Source: Nitrospirota bacterium
Lineage (GTDB): Bacteria > Nitrospirota > UBA9217
Direction of reading: 5' to 3'
DNA length: 49,340 nt
Assembly: GCA_029858565.1 (NCBI GenBank)
Contig: JAOUEV010000022.1
Span: 1-49,340 of the forward strand
The translations under genes were made by a program, and so were the position numbers. Below, in pieces: positions 28,854 through 37,912 of the stretch (positions within the stretch are counted from its first letter, which is position 1; each line of letters opens with the position of its first letter). The notes under the pieces are model-generated. The model worked only from the letters and a program-made list of their open reading frames with translations. It did not search any database and had not been told where the DNA came from.

Positions 28854-28929
28854 GAGGATTAAAGGATTAGAGGATTATGTCTTCAACCTAATCCTTTACC
28901 CCCGCTTTTCATAATCCTCTTAATCCTTT
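28854..28929. repeat. Intergenic inverted repeat of AGGATTA / TAATCCT units
   Basis: 3x AGGATTA followed by 3x TAATCCT between livF and paaK. Confidence 0.75.
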
Positions 28930-28946
28930 CTTTTAGGGAGGTCCCC

Positions 28947-30245
28947 ATGTACTGGCAGCCTGACGAAGAACGCATGGACCGGAAAGAGCTTGAGCAGCTC
29001 CAGCTCGAACGGCTCGAGTCGACCTTGAACCGGGTCTATCTGAACGTCCCCTTCTACCGCAAGAAGTTCGACGAAGCGGGATTCAATCCCGATGACCTGC
29101 GGTCGCTCGACGATATTCGCAAGCTGCCCTTCACGGTCAAGGATGACCTCCGGGACAACTATCCCTACGGCCTCTTTGCCGTGCCGCTGCGCGAGGTGGT
29201 CCGGGTCCATGCCTCTTCAGGAACCACGGGGCTGTCGACGGTCGTAGGCTATACAAAGAACGACATCAAGACCTGGTCGAACCTGGTCGCCCGCATCCTC
29301 ACCGCCACGGGCGTGACCGCCGACGACGTGGTCCAGATCGCCTTCAATTACGGCCTCTTCACCGGCGCGTTCGGCCTCCACTACGGCGCCGAACGCGTAG
29401 GCGCATCGGTCATCCCCATGTCCGCGGGCAACACCAAGCGCCAGATCAAGCTCATGCAGGACTTCAAGACCACGGCGCTCGTGAGTACGCCGAGCTATGC
29501 CATGCTGATCGCCGACACCATGATCGAGATGGGCATAAACCGGAACGCCCTGTCGCTCAAGTTCGGCCTCTTCGGCGCAGAGCCCTGGTCCGACGCCATG
29601 CGCAGGGAACTGCAGGACAAGCTCAAGATCATCGCCACGGACAACTACGGCCTCTCCGAGGTCATGGGACCGGGCGTGTCCGGCGAGTGCCGGGAGCGGA
29701 GCGGCCTGCACATCAACGAGGACCACTTCCTGGTCGAAGTGCTCGATCCCGAGACGCTCAAACCCGTGGCACCCGGCGAGATAGGCGAGCTCGTGATCAC
29801 GACGCTCACCAAGGAAGCCTTCCCCATGATCCGCTACCGCACGCGGGACCTTACACGGATCATCGAAGAACCCTGCGCCTGCGGCAGAACCCTCCGCCGC
29901 ATGGCCCGCATCATGGGCCGCACAGACGACATGCTGATCATCCGCGGCGTGAACGTCTTCCCCCAGCAGATCGAGACCGTGTTGTTCGAGATCGAAGGCA
30001 CCGAGCCCCATTATCAGATCATCATCGACCGCAAGGGCGCGATGGATGACGCGACCGTGCTGGTCGAGGCCTCGGAGAAGATATTCTTTGACGAGATGAA
30101 GAAGCAGAAGGAGCTGATCGACACCATCAAGAAGCGCATGGCTACCGAGCTCGGCATCTCGGTCGAAGTGAAGCTGGTGGAAAAAAAGTCGATCGAGCGG
30201 TTCGAAGGCAAAGCGAAACGGGTCATAGATAATAGAAAACTGTAA
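28947..30245 (+). CDS. paaK: Phenylacetate-CoA ligase
   Basis: [47 protein letters not shown]. Confidence 0.93.
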   Translation: MYWQPDEERMDRKELEQLQLERLESTLNRVYLNVPFYRKKFDEAGFNPDDLRSLDDIRKLPFTVKDDLRDNYPYGLFAVPLREVVRVHASSGTTGLSTVVGYTKNDIKTWSNLVARILTATGVTADDVVQIAFNYGLFTGAFGLHYGAERVGASVIPMSAGNTKRQIKLMQDFKTTALVSTPSYAMLIADTMIEMGINRNALSLKFGLFGAEPWSDAMRRELQDKLKIIATDNYGLSEVMGPGVSGECRERSGLHINEDHFLVEVLDPETLKPVAPGEIGELVITTLTKEAFPMIRYRTRDLTRIIEEPCACGRTLRRMARIMGRTDDMLIIRGVNVFPQQIETVLFEIEGTEPHYQIIIDRKGAMDDATVLVEASEKIFFDEMKKQKELIDTIKKRMATELGISVEVKLVEKKSIERFEGKAKRVIDNRKL

Positions 30246-30250
30246 AATCA

Positions 30251-30350
30251 GCGGTAAGTAGTAAAGCGGTAAGCTATAAGCAAGCGGAACCGGAACAGTT
30301 CGCTTATTACTTATCACTTACTACTTCTGCCGCTTACTCCTTACTACTTC
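30251..30350. repeat. Intergenic inverted repeat of degenerate heptamer GTAAG / CTTAC units
   Basis: gcggtaagtagtaaagcggtaagctataagc ... gcttattacttatcacttactacttctgccgcttactccttactac. Confidence 0.7.
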
Positions 30351-30353
30351 TTT

Positions 30354-31157
30354 ATGTTTATCGATTTCCACACCCACATCTTTCCGGACAAGATCGCCAA
30401 ACAGGCTGTCGAGAAGCTTGCCGAGGAGTCAGGCGAGTATCAGCCGAAGACCGACGGCACGCTCAAAGGACTGCTCGCGTCCATGGACAAGGCCGGCATC
30501 GCCTTGAGCGTGGTCGCGAACATCGCGACCCGACCGGCACAGGCCCAGCCGATCCTGGAGTTCTGCAAACACATCCGGAGCGAGCGCGTCCATCCACTTA
30601 TTTCCCTTCACCCGGACAACAGCCGCGACGAGTCCGAATCCCTATTGAGCCGGGCAGCGGGCCTCGGCATCCGGGGGGTAAAGCTCCACCCCATGTATCA
30701 GAACTTCACCATAGACGACCGGACCATGTTCCCGCTTTATCAATCGATCGAGCACTTCGGTCTTTTCGTGATCTTCCATACGGGGCTGGACATCGCTTTT
30801 CCTGGAAATCTTCAGGCGGATGTGGAGCGGATAAAAGTCCTGTCACAGGAGTTTCCCGGCCTTGTGATCGTAACGACCCATGTGGGCGGTTGGCGACAGT
30901 GGGACAGGGCTGGCGCGCTCGGAATGCTTCCGAATGTTTACACGGAAACATCGATGACCCTGACCGAAATGGATGACAGGGATTTTGTGAAGCTGCTTTC
31001 GCAGTTCGACGAGGACCGCGTGCTCTTCGGCAGCGACAGCCCCTGGACGGACCAGAAGGAAATGCTGGAGCGGACGCTCAGGCTGGATATCTCCGATAGC
31101 AGGAAGGAAAAGCTGCTGCACAAAAATGCCGGCGTCCTTCTCGGGATGCCGGCATAA
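30354..31157 (+). CDS. Amidohydrolase-family protein
   Basis: IDFHTH, GVKLHP, FHTG, VLFGSDSPW. Confidence 0.9.
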   Translation: MFIDFHTHIFPDKIAKQAVEKLAEESGEYQPKTDGTLKGLLASMDKAGIALSVVANIATRPAQAQPILEFCKHIRSERVHPLISLHPDNSRDESESLLSRAAGLGIRGVKLHPMYQNFTIDDRTMFPLYQSIEHFGLFVIFHTGLDIAFPGNLQADVERIKVLSQEFPGLVIVTTHVGGWRQWDRAGALGMLPNVYTETSMTLTEMDDRDFVKLLSQFDEDRVLFGSDSPWTDQKEMLERTLRLDISDSRKEKLLHKNAGVLLGMPA

Positions 31158-31195
31158 CAAAAGAACAGGATCGTGATCTGCAGGACCGCTTGTGC

Positions 31196-31477
31196 CTACT
31201 CCCCGTACTCCTTGGCAAGATAATCGGCAACAGCGTTCGTCTCCTCATCGGTGAGTATGCAGGAATTCCTCTCCATGCGGCGCAAGGTCATTTCCCACCC
31301 CTTGCGGTCACTGCGGTTCTTCTTGAACTTGTCGACCTTGTGGCATTTCAGGCATTTTGCCTCAAAAACCGCTTTTCCCTTGGATGTATCTGCACCAAAA
31401 GCAGCCGGCAGCATCAGGACCGCAGCCATACCACCTGCCAGTAAAGACAAGACAATCGCTCTTCCCCGCTTTTCCAT
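31196..31477 (-). CDS. Small exported monoheme cytochrome c
   Basis: Signal peptide, CLKCH heme motif, distal Met candidates, VADYL C-terminal helix. Confidence 0.85.
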   Translation of the reverse strand: MEKRGRAIVLSLLAGGMAAVLMLPAAFGADTSKGKAVFEAKCLKCHKVDKFKKNRSDRKGWEMTLRRMERNSCILTDEETNAVADYLAKEYGE

Positions 31478-31741
31478 GATCCACCCCCCTGTTAGGAACG
31501 TCTAGGGAAAAGTTAGCAAGGATGCTTCTCTTTGTCAATGTTTTTGCCGTTTTTATTCTATTTTTGACGCGGACAAATACCCGTTTTGTTTTCTCAAGTA
31601 ACGCCGTCAAAAATATTTTAAAGCCGCAAATTCCCTGTAGCGCTTACGCACGCCAAATGTACTCTCACGAAACAACAAGGTTTACCAGTGCCATAAAGTA
31701 GTTTATAATGGCTCCACTCTTTAGAGGAGGAACCTGTAGTC

Positions 31742-32146
31742 ATGGACGACCTGAGGCGATTTGTGGCGAACGACCGGTTCGCGAAACATCTGGATATCGA
31801 GATGCTCGAGTATGGCAACGGTCGCGCGAAGGCGCGCATGCCTGTCCGGGACCATCACCGGAACAGCGCGGGCACGGTCCACGGCGGCGCCATCTTCTCT
31901 CTTGCAGACGCGGTCTTCTCCGCAGCCTCGAACTCCCACGGCACGCTCGCCCTGGCGATCAACGTGAGCATCTCCTTTTTCAAGGCGGTCAAAACCGGCA
32001 CGCTCCTTGCCGAGGGCCGCGAGGTCTCGTTCAATCCGAAGCTCGCCACCTATGTTATCGATGTGACGAACGAGCAGGGCGAACCGGTTGCGCTGTTCCA
32101 GGGGACGGTGTACCGGAAGAAGGATAGTTTGAAGGAGATCGTCTGA
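31742..32146 (+). CDS. paaI: PaaI-family hotdog thioesterase
   Basis: NSAGTVHGGAIFSLAD, ASNSHG. Confidence 0.88.
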   Translation: MDDLRRFVANDRFAKHLDIEMLEYGNGRAKARMPVRDHHRNSAGTVHGGAIFSLADAVFSAASNSHGTLALAINVSISFFKAVKTGTLLAEGREVSFNPKLATYVIDVTNEQGEPVALFQGTVYRKKDSLKEIV

Positions 32147-32214
32147 TCGCGATACATACCTGAACTGCTTTTCTTCCGGTATGGTAATGAATAGCTAGCC
32201 CGATTTTAGATCAT

Positions 32215-32247
32215 AATTCCGCATTCCGAATTCCACATTCCGCATTC
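32215..32247. repeat. Heptamer ATTCCGC-type tandem repeat
   Basis: attccgc attccga attccac attccgc attc; same unit family as the repeat in mfd. Confidence 0.7.
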
Positions 32248-32269
32248 GAACGAGGCTGAAGGCTTCACC

Positions 32270-33514
32270 ATGTCAACGACACCGGCTGAGAGACCGAGAA
32301 TCCATTACGCCTGGGTCATCGCCCTGACCGGCACGGTGGTCATTTTCGCCTGCCTCGGATTCGGACGCTTCGCCCTCGGCATGCTGCTGCCGTCCATGGC
32401 CTCGTCCCTCGGCCTTACCTATTCCCAGATCGGCTACATCAGCACCGCGAACTTCATCGGCTACCTTGCTGCGGTGCTCTTCTGCAGCACCATCGCGAGG
32501 AAGATCGGCTCTCGCAGCCTGATCGCCATCGCCTTATTAATCATCGCGGTATCCATGATCCTGGTCGGGCAGGCAAAAGGTTTCCTTGCCGTGCTGCTCC
32601 TCTATGCCGTCACCGGCATAGGAAGCGGCGCTGCCAATGTCCCCATGATGGGATTGATCACCGCCTGGTTCGACCGGACCATACGCGGCAGAGCATCGGG
32701 GTTCGTGGTTATTGGAAGCGGCTTCGCCATCATCATTTCAGGGAAGCTCATTCCGGCGATCAACCGTCATGTTGGAACGGATGGATGGAGAACCAGCTGG
32801 ATGGTGCTTGGGGGCATCGTGGCGGTGGTGACCATCCTTGCCTTCGCACTGCTCAGGAACCGTCCTGAAGAGCGGGGGCTCCTCCCCCTGGGAAGTGAAG
32901 GCAGGGCGGCGGCGGTGTCAACGGCTGAGCGGCCCCGGCAATCGGTGTATGGCAATCCTGCGGTCTACCTGCTCGGCGCGGTCTACTTCCTGTTCGGCTA
33001 TACCTATGTGATCTACGCGACCTTCATCGTGACAACGCTGGTGAAGGAGCGGGGCATGTCCGAGGCGATCGCGGGCAGCTTCTGGTCCTGGGTCGGGTTC
33101 CTGAGCCTCTTCTCCGGACCGGTGTTCGGCACGCTCTCGGACCGCATCGGCAGAAAGCGGGGACTTCAGATCGTCTTCGGCCTCCAGATGCTCGCGTACC
33201 TGCTTGTGGCAATGCATCTGCCGCCGGCGTTCCTCTACCTGTCCATATTCTTCTTCGGGATCGTGGCCTGGTCCATCCCATCCATCATGGTGGCCGCGGT
33301 GAGCGAATATGTCGGGCCGGACCGGGCCCTCGCGGCCTTTGGGTATATCACCTTCATCTTCGGCCTGGGCCAGATCACCGGGCCCTCGGTGGCCGGCATC
33401 ATTGCCGAACGCACGGGAAGCTTCTCCGGCAGCTTTTTCATGGCAGCGGCCGCAGCCGCGGCCGCTGTTGTGCTCAGCGCCTTCCTGCACCGGCCGGAGC
33501 ATGACCACAACTGA
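32270..33514 (+). CDS. MFS transporter (YbfB/YjiJ-like)
   Basis: 12 TM pattern, GFGRFALG, LSDRIGRK. Confidence 0.9.
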   Translation: MSTTPAERPRIHYAWVIALTGTVVIFACLGFGRFALGMLLPSMASSLGLTYSQIGYISTANFIGYLAAVLFCSTIARKIGSRSLIAIALLIIAVSMILVGQAKGFLAVLLLYAVTGIGSGAANVPMMGLITAWFDRTIRGRASGFVVIGSGFAIIISGKLIPAINRHVGTDGWRTSWMVLGGIVAVVTILAFALLRNRPEERGLLPLGSEGRAAAVSTAERPRQSVYGNPAVYLLGAVYFLFGYTYVIYATFIVTTLVKERGMSEAIAGSFWSWVGFLSLFSGPVFGTLSDRIGRKRGLQIVFGLQMLAYLLVAMHLPPAFLYLSIFFFGIVAWSIPSIMVAAVSEYVGPDRALAAFGYITFIFGLGQITGPSVAGIIAERTGSFSGSFFMAAAAAAAAVVLSAFLHRPEHDHN

Positions 33515-33526
33515 GCTCCCTGATCC

Positions 33527-35347
33527 TTAAGCATCTTTATCAGGGCCTACGGCCGGAAGCGTGACCGTGAAGGCGCTGCCCTGACCGAGCTTGCTGGCAA
33601 CGGAGATGGTTCCGTCGTGATAGGCGATGATCTGGCGGGCGATGGTAAGACCGAGGCCGGTCCCCTCTTTACTCTCGTATTCGGCATTACCGGCCCGGTG
33701 GAACTTGTCAAAGATGTGCGGCAGATCCTCGGCCGGAATGCCGGCTCCCGCGTCCGTCACGGTCAGTTCCACGCGGGACTGCGGCCCCGCAGCTGCACGG
33801 GCCTGCACGGAAATGGCCCCGCCGGGCGGCGTGAACTTCACGGCGTTCGAAAGCAAATTGGTCATCACCTGGACAAGCCGGTCGCGGTCGCCGTACAGTG
33901 CCGGCAGCGGTTCGCTGATGTCTGTTTCGATCCGCAGGCCCTTGGCCTGCGCCAGCAGCAGCATCCCTTCCACGGAAGCCTCAACAACCTCCCGCGCAGA
34001 GACCGGGCCTGGCCGCCAGGTCATTGTTCCGGCCTCGATCCGGGACAGGTCCAGCAGATCGCTGATCAACCTGCCGAGCCGGTCGCTCTCGTCATTGATC
34101 CGGCGCAGCAGTTTTTCCTTTCGCTCCGGCGCCATGTTGGGCTTGATCAGGAGCAGTTCGGCAAATGCCTTGATGGAGGTGAGCGGCGTTCTCAGCTCGT
34201 GGGAAACCGTTGATACGAACTCCGACTTGAGCCGGTCCAGGTCCTCGAGCCTGCGGTTCGCCTGGCGCAGTTCGCCGGAGTAACGCAGGAGCCGTTCCTC
34301 GGCACGCCTTCGCTCGGTGATATCATGGGCTACATACACCGTTCCCACGGGAGCGTTATCCCTTCCTTCAACGATCGGGGAGGCCCAGAGGCTCACATCG
34401 GTCTTCCGTCCCTGCGGCCCGGTCCAGACCGATTCGTGGGGGCCCGTCCTGACGCCCTGCCGCACATTGCTGCTTGTCACCGGCGGGAGGGTCACGACCT
34501 CGGACAGGTCCCGGCCGACCAGCTCGTCGCGCTGCCGCCCAAGAAGCTCCGTTGCCGCCTCATTTACCACGCGCACTTTTCCCTCAAGGTCCGTGACGAT
34601 CACCGCGCCCCGCATGGTCTCGAGCACCCGGTTGGTCATCAGGTCGGGCCGAATGTCCATGAGGCGGTAGTTCTTGATGATCCACGCGGTCAGCGCGAAG
34701 TTCACGGCATAGGGAATGTAGCCGAAGGGATAGACATTAAGACCGAAGCTTGGTGCGAAATCCACGGCAGCGAGGAAGCCGATAGAAAGAGCGAAGAGCA
34801 CCAGCCTGAGCCGGTCGCGGTTCCGGGGATGTTTGCTGGTGCGGTAGGCGTTGTGGACGACCGACATGCCGCGGCCGCCCACGGCCGCAAAATAGCATAC
34901 GAACAGGTATCCCGGCCACCCATAGCGTGGATACCAGCCCCAGGAGAAATGCTGCAGGTCGATGAGGAACAGGTGCGTGAAGTGCATCAGCAGGAGAAAG
35001 GCGACCGCGACCGCGACCGTGAGCCTGAAAAAACGCCGCAGTTCCTGCTCGCGATTCGCCAGCGACATTGCCTGAAACAGGACCATGGAAGGGATGAAGA
35101 GAATTGCGGTCGCGCCGGTAAGGTACCAGGCATGGGCTGTGCCATAATCGAGCGCCGCGGCGGCCAGTCCGAAGCTGAAAAGCCAGAGCGCGAGAGGCGC
35201 GGTGTAAAGCCAGAATGCGAATCCGCTGCGGGACCATTTCTCGCGCACCAGCACAATAGAGCCCAGGAGGATCGTTTCCACTCCGAGCAGAACCAGCAGG
35301 AACGACCGGAAGCCGAAGCTGTATGTTTTCAGGTCGAGAAGGTCCAT
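33527..35347 (-). CDS. 7TM-PAS sensor histidine kinase
   Basis: Seven N-terminal TM segments, PAS, SHELRTPL, NLLSNAVKF, GTGLGL. Confidence 0.92.
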   Translation of the reverse strand: MDLLDLKTYSFGFRSFLLVLLGVETILLGSIVLVREKWSRSGFAFWLYTAPLALWLFSFGLAAAALDYGTAHAWYLTGATAILFIPSMVLFQAMSLANREQELRRFFRLTVAVAVAFLLLMHFTHLFLIDLQHFSWGWYPRYGWPGYLFVCYFAAVGGRGMSVVHNAYRTSKHPRNRDRLRLVLFALSIGFLAAVDFAPSFGLNVYPFGYIPYAVNFALTAWIIKNYRLMDIRPDLMTNRVLETMRGAVIVTDLEGKVRVVNEAATELLGRQRDELVGRDLSEVVTLPPVTSSNVRQGVRTGPHESVWTGPQGRKTDVSLWASPIVEGRDNAPVGTVYVAHDITERRRAEERLLRYSGELRQANRRLEDLDRLKSEFVSTVSHELRTPLTSIKAFAELLLIKPNMAPERKEKLLRRINDESDRLGRLISDLLDLSRIEAGTMTWRPGPVSAREVVEASVEGMLLLAQAKGLRIETDISEPLPALYGDRDRLVQVMTNLLSNAVKFTPPGGAISVQARAAAGPQSRVELTVTDAGAGIPAEDLPHIFDKFHRAGNAEYESKEGTGLGLTIARQIIAYHDGTISVASKLGQGSAFTVTLPAVGPDKDA

Positions 35348-35374
35348 TGATTGTTGCGCTTCATCGCCAAGCCG

Positions 35375-35527
35375 CTACTTGCCGCTTAGCCAGTGGTCGA
35401 ATCCGTACCAGAATCCCGCGAGCACCGCGACCAGGAGCAGGATCTTGATGATGTTCATCACCAGGTGGCCTTCAGATTCCCCGGCTTGCTGATGATCTTC
35501 AGGCAGTTCGTCATGCTTCTGCGTCAT
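35375..35527 (-). CDS. Small single-TM protein (50 aa)
   Basis: MTQKHDELPEDHQQAGESEGHLVMNIIKILLLVAVLAGFWYGFDHWLSGK; fits exactly between the ferredoxin and the kinase. Confidence 0.65.
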   Translation of the reverse strand: MTQKHDELPEDHQQAGESEGHLVMNIIKILLLVAVLAGFWYGFDHWLSGK

Positions 35528-35531
35528 TGCC

Positions 35532-35720
35532 CTATCCCTCCCATTGGATCGCCTGCACCGGACAGGTGTCGATCGCTTCCTGGCACTTGCAGGTCCCGCA
35601 TTTGTCCGGACCGATCACCCGGGATTTTTCGTCCTCCAGGCTGAAGACCGCGGGGCAAACCTCGGCGCAATGACCGCAGCCGATGCAGAGATCCTCGTCA
35701 ACAGCAGGTCGTTTTGGCAT
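35532..35720 (-). CDS. Ferredoxin
   Basis: CIGCGHCAEVCP and CQEAIDTCPVQAI; GGAG RBS. Confidence 0.92.
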   Translation of the reverse strand: MPKRPAVDEDLCIGCGHCAEVCPAVFSLEDEKSRVIGPDKCGTCKCQEAIDTCPVQAIQWEG

Positions 35721-36037
35721 GGCTCCTCCGTGCTGGAACGGCCGAGTCCTGCCGCAGCAGTTCAGGACACTTTTGACTTTACCTCTCTTGCCGCGGATTT
35801 ACAAGGACGGTCCCTCCCGGATGATGTAAAAAAAGGATGCAAGCACCTTGCACCCCTCCCTCCGACGCCCGACGTTCCCGGGCGGCAAATGCGGTTCTTT
35901 TCCTGTGAGTTAAGTATAGCACCTGCCGCCGCTGCCCAGAGGACGGGACCCGCACCTTCCTGGCCAATGCTCCATCTTTTTCCTTGCGCCGGCCCCGGGC
36001 GATGCGGTAGCCTTGATGAGCGCACCGCGCCCATTCC

Positions 36038-36916
36038 ATGCCTGAATACGAAGGTATCGTCATACGGCCTCCCAGCGAGGCCGACAGCCTGATCCTGCAA
36101 TACACGATCGGTTGTTCGCACAACCGGTGCAACTTCTGCCCCGCATACAAGCAGAAGCGTTTCCGTGTTCGCAGCTTCACGGAGATGGAGCAGGACATCG
36201 CCTCCTGCCTTCCGGCCTTTGCCGGTACGCGGAGAATATTCCTTGCTGACGGTGATGCTCTCGCGGCTCCCGGTGCCGACCTGTCGGCCCTCTTCTCACT
36301 GCTTCAGACCTCCTTCCCGAAGCTGCAGCGCATCGGCATGTACGGAAATGCCGGGAACGTTCTGAAAAAGACCGACGCTGAACTGACAGAGCTCAAACAG
36401 GCGGGGCTCGGCATTCTCTATCTCGGCATCGAGAGCGGGGACGACGAACTTCTTGCCTGGATGCACAAGGGTGCGACCGCACGCGAGCTGATCGAGGCGG
36501 GAAAACGCGTCAGGCAAGCTGGCATCAAGCTTTCGGTCACGGTCCTGCTCGGGATCGGGGGCCGTCAGCGGAGCCGGGAACATGCCCGCAAGACCGGCGA
36601 ACTTCTTTCCGCCATCGACCCCGAATACGTTGGCGCGCTTACGACCATGGTGGTGCCGGGAACCCCGTTGCACGAACTGCGGGAACAAGGATTGTTCCGG
36701 CTTCCCTCTGCTTTCGAAATCCTATCGGAGCTTGCGGAGATGCTGGAGCACACGACGATGACCCGAGGGCTCTTTTTCGCCAACCACGCTTCGAACTACC
36801 TTCCTGTCCGCGTTCGCATGCCGTCGGAAAAGGACCGGACCGTTGAAATGATCAGGAAGTTCGTGGCGCAGGGCAACGGAGCGGCCTTGAAACCCGAGGG
36901 AATGAGAAGGTTATAA
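36038..36916 (+). CDS. Radical SAM protein
   Basis: CSHNRCNFC (CxxxCxxC), IRPPSEA, FLADGDAL, YLGIESG, NHASNYL. Confidence 0.9.
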   Translation: MPEYEGIVIRPPSEADSLILQYTIGCSHNRCNFCPAYKQKRFRVRSFTEMEQDIASCLPAFAGTRRIFLADGDALAAPGADLSALFSLLQTSFPKLQRIGMYGNAGNVLKKTDAELTELKQAGLGILYLGIESGDDELLAWMHKGATARELIEAGKRVRQAGIKLSVTVLLGIGGRQRSREHARKTGELLSAIDPEYVGALTTMVVPGTPLHELREQGLFRLPSAFEILSELAEMLEHTTMTRGLFFANHASNYLPVRVRMPSEKDRTVEMIRKFVAQGNGAALKPEGMRRL

Positions 36917-36940
36917 AATGACGGAGTTGCAATTATAAGC

Positions 36941-36969
36941 TTGACTTTATATTCCAGAAGGTGCATTAT
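36941..36969 (+). promoter_or_regulatory. sigma70-type promoter of csp with a ~110-nt leader
   Basis: TTGACT-N17-CATTAT. Confidence 0.5.
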
Positions 36970-37084
36970 AGGATTCAGAAGTTCCGGATGTTCTTGTAGG
37001 GAAACCGCAAAGACAGATCCACTTTGCGGCATTTTTTTTGTCCTCTTCCGTCGCTTCAATTTCACAAGAAGGAGGTAGCTCATC

Positions 37085-37285
37085 ATGGAAACAGGCACCG
37101 TAAAGTGGTTCAATGATGCCAAGGGATTCGGCTTCATTACCCGTGAAAAAGGCGGCGATGTGTTCGTTCACTTCGGCGACATTCAGGACAGCGGCTTCAA
37201 GTCGCTTGCTGAAGGCCAGCAGGTCCAGTTCGACGTAGTCGACTCACCCAAAGGCCCCAAGGCAGCAAATGTTGTAAAGCTCTAA
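37085..37285 (+). CDS. cspA: Cold-shock protein
   Basis: [15 protein letters not shown] (RNP1), VFVHF (RNP2); AAGGAGGT RBS. Confidence 0.95.
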   Translation: METGTVKWFNDAKGFGFITREKGGDVFVHFGDIQDSGFKSLAEGQQVQFDVVDSPKGPKAANVVKL

Positions 37286-37303
37286 AACAGGGTTCATACC
37301 TTC

Positions 37304-37340
37304 ACAGGCCCTGATCATTTCAGGGCCTGTTTTCTTTTCT
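37304..37340 (+). terminator. Intrinsic terminator after csp
   Basis: ACAGGCCCTGA-TCATT-TCAGGGCCTGT then a T-rich tail. Confidence 0.8.
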
Positions 37341-37492
37341 TTCCCGATTTCCCCGTTGTTTCCGGTTTATGTTCGCAGGTTATCTTGATCGATCTTTTTT
37401 CGCCCCGACGGATTCCGGGGCCTCTGAACATGTCACTGCCTGCCGCGTCCGTTGAGCATTGATCGGACGACTTCCTGATCCAGAGGAGGACC

Positions 37493-37873
37493 ATGAACTA
37501 CCGACAGAACTACAAACAAAAACAGGAACAGGAAAAGGCGGCTCTGGCCGCTCTCGGCCTGGTCTCCGATCACTATACCAGCGTTGCCAAGATCGAGTTC
37601 CGCATGACCTATTACGGAAAAGGGTCCTCCGTTGCCCTGATGACCCGGTCTCTTGTCTTTTCACCGTCTGATTACGCCGGCTTTCATGTAAGATGCGTGG
37701 AGGAGGGGTGCACCGGCGGCGGCTTTGACCTTGCCCCGATCGTCGCGGGTCTGACAAAGGCGCGCAAGACAACGACCAAGGGGAAGGCCTTTTGTCACGG
37801 CAAGAACCACGCGGTCGGCCACGCCTGCCTTGCCTACGAGGTGAGCATCCGGTACCAGAGAAAATCCTCCTAG
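37493..37873 (+). CDS. Hypothetical Cys/His-containing protein
   Basis: GAGGAGG RBS; C-x4-C-GGGFDL and C...H-x-C pattern. Confidence 0.75.
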   Translation: MNYRQNYKQKQEQEKAALAALGLVSDHYTSVAKIEFRMTYYGKGSSVALMTRSLVFSPSDYAGFHVRCVEEGCTGGGFDLAPIVAGLTKARKTTTKGKAFCHGKNHAVGHACLAYEVSIRYQRKSS

Positions 37874-37912
37874 CACCCCGCGCCCTGCGGGCGGCGCGCG
37901 CGACCCGATCTC

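Noticed and set aside
24044-30317. Long antisense ORFs (e.g. 24044..25069, 25256..26155, 29217..30317; likewise 3215..4210, 6151..7065, 10774..11940)
   Set aside because: Shadow frames of well-supported genes in high-GC DNA; no motifs or RBS.
35721-36037. Riboswitch in the ferredoxin / radical SAM intergenic region
   Set aside because: No recognisable aptamer consensus by eye; an Rfam scan would be needed.
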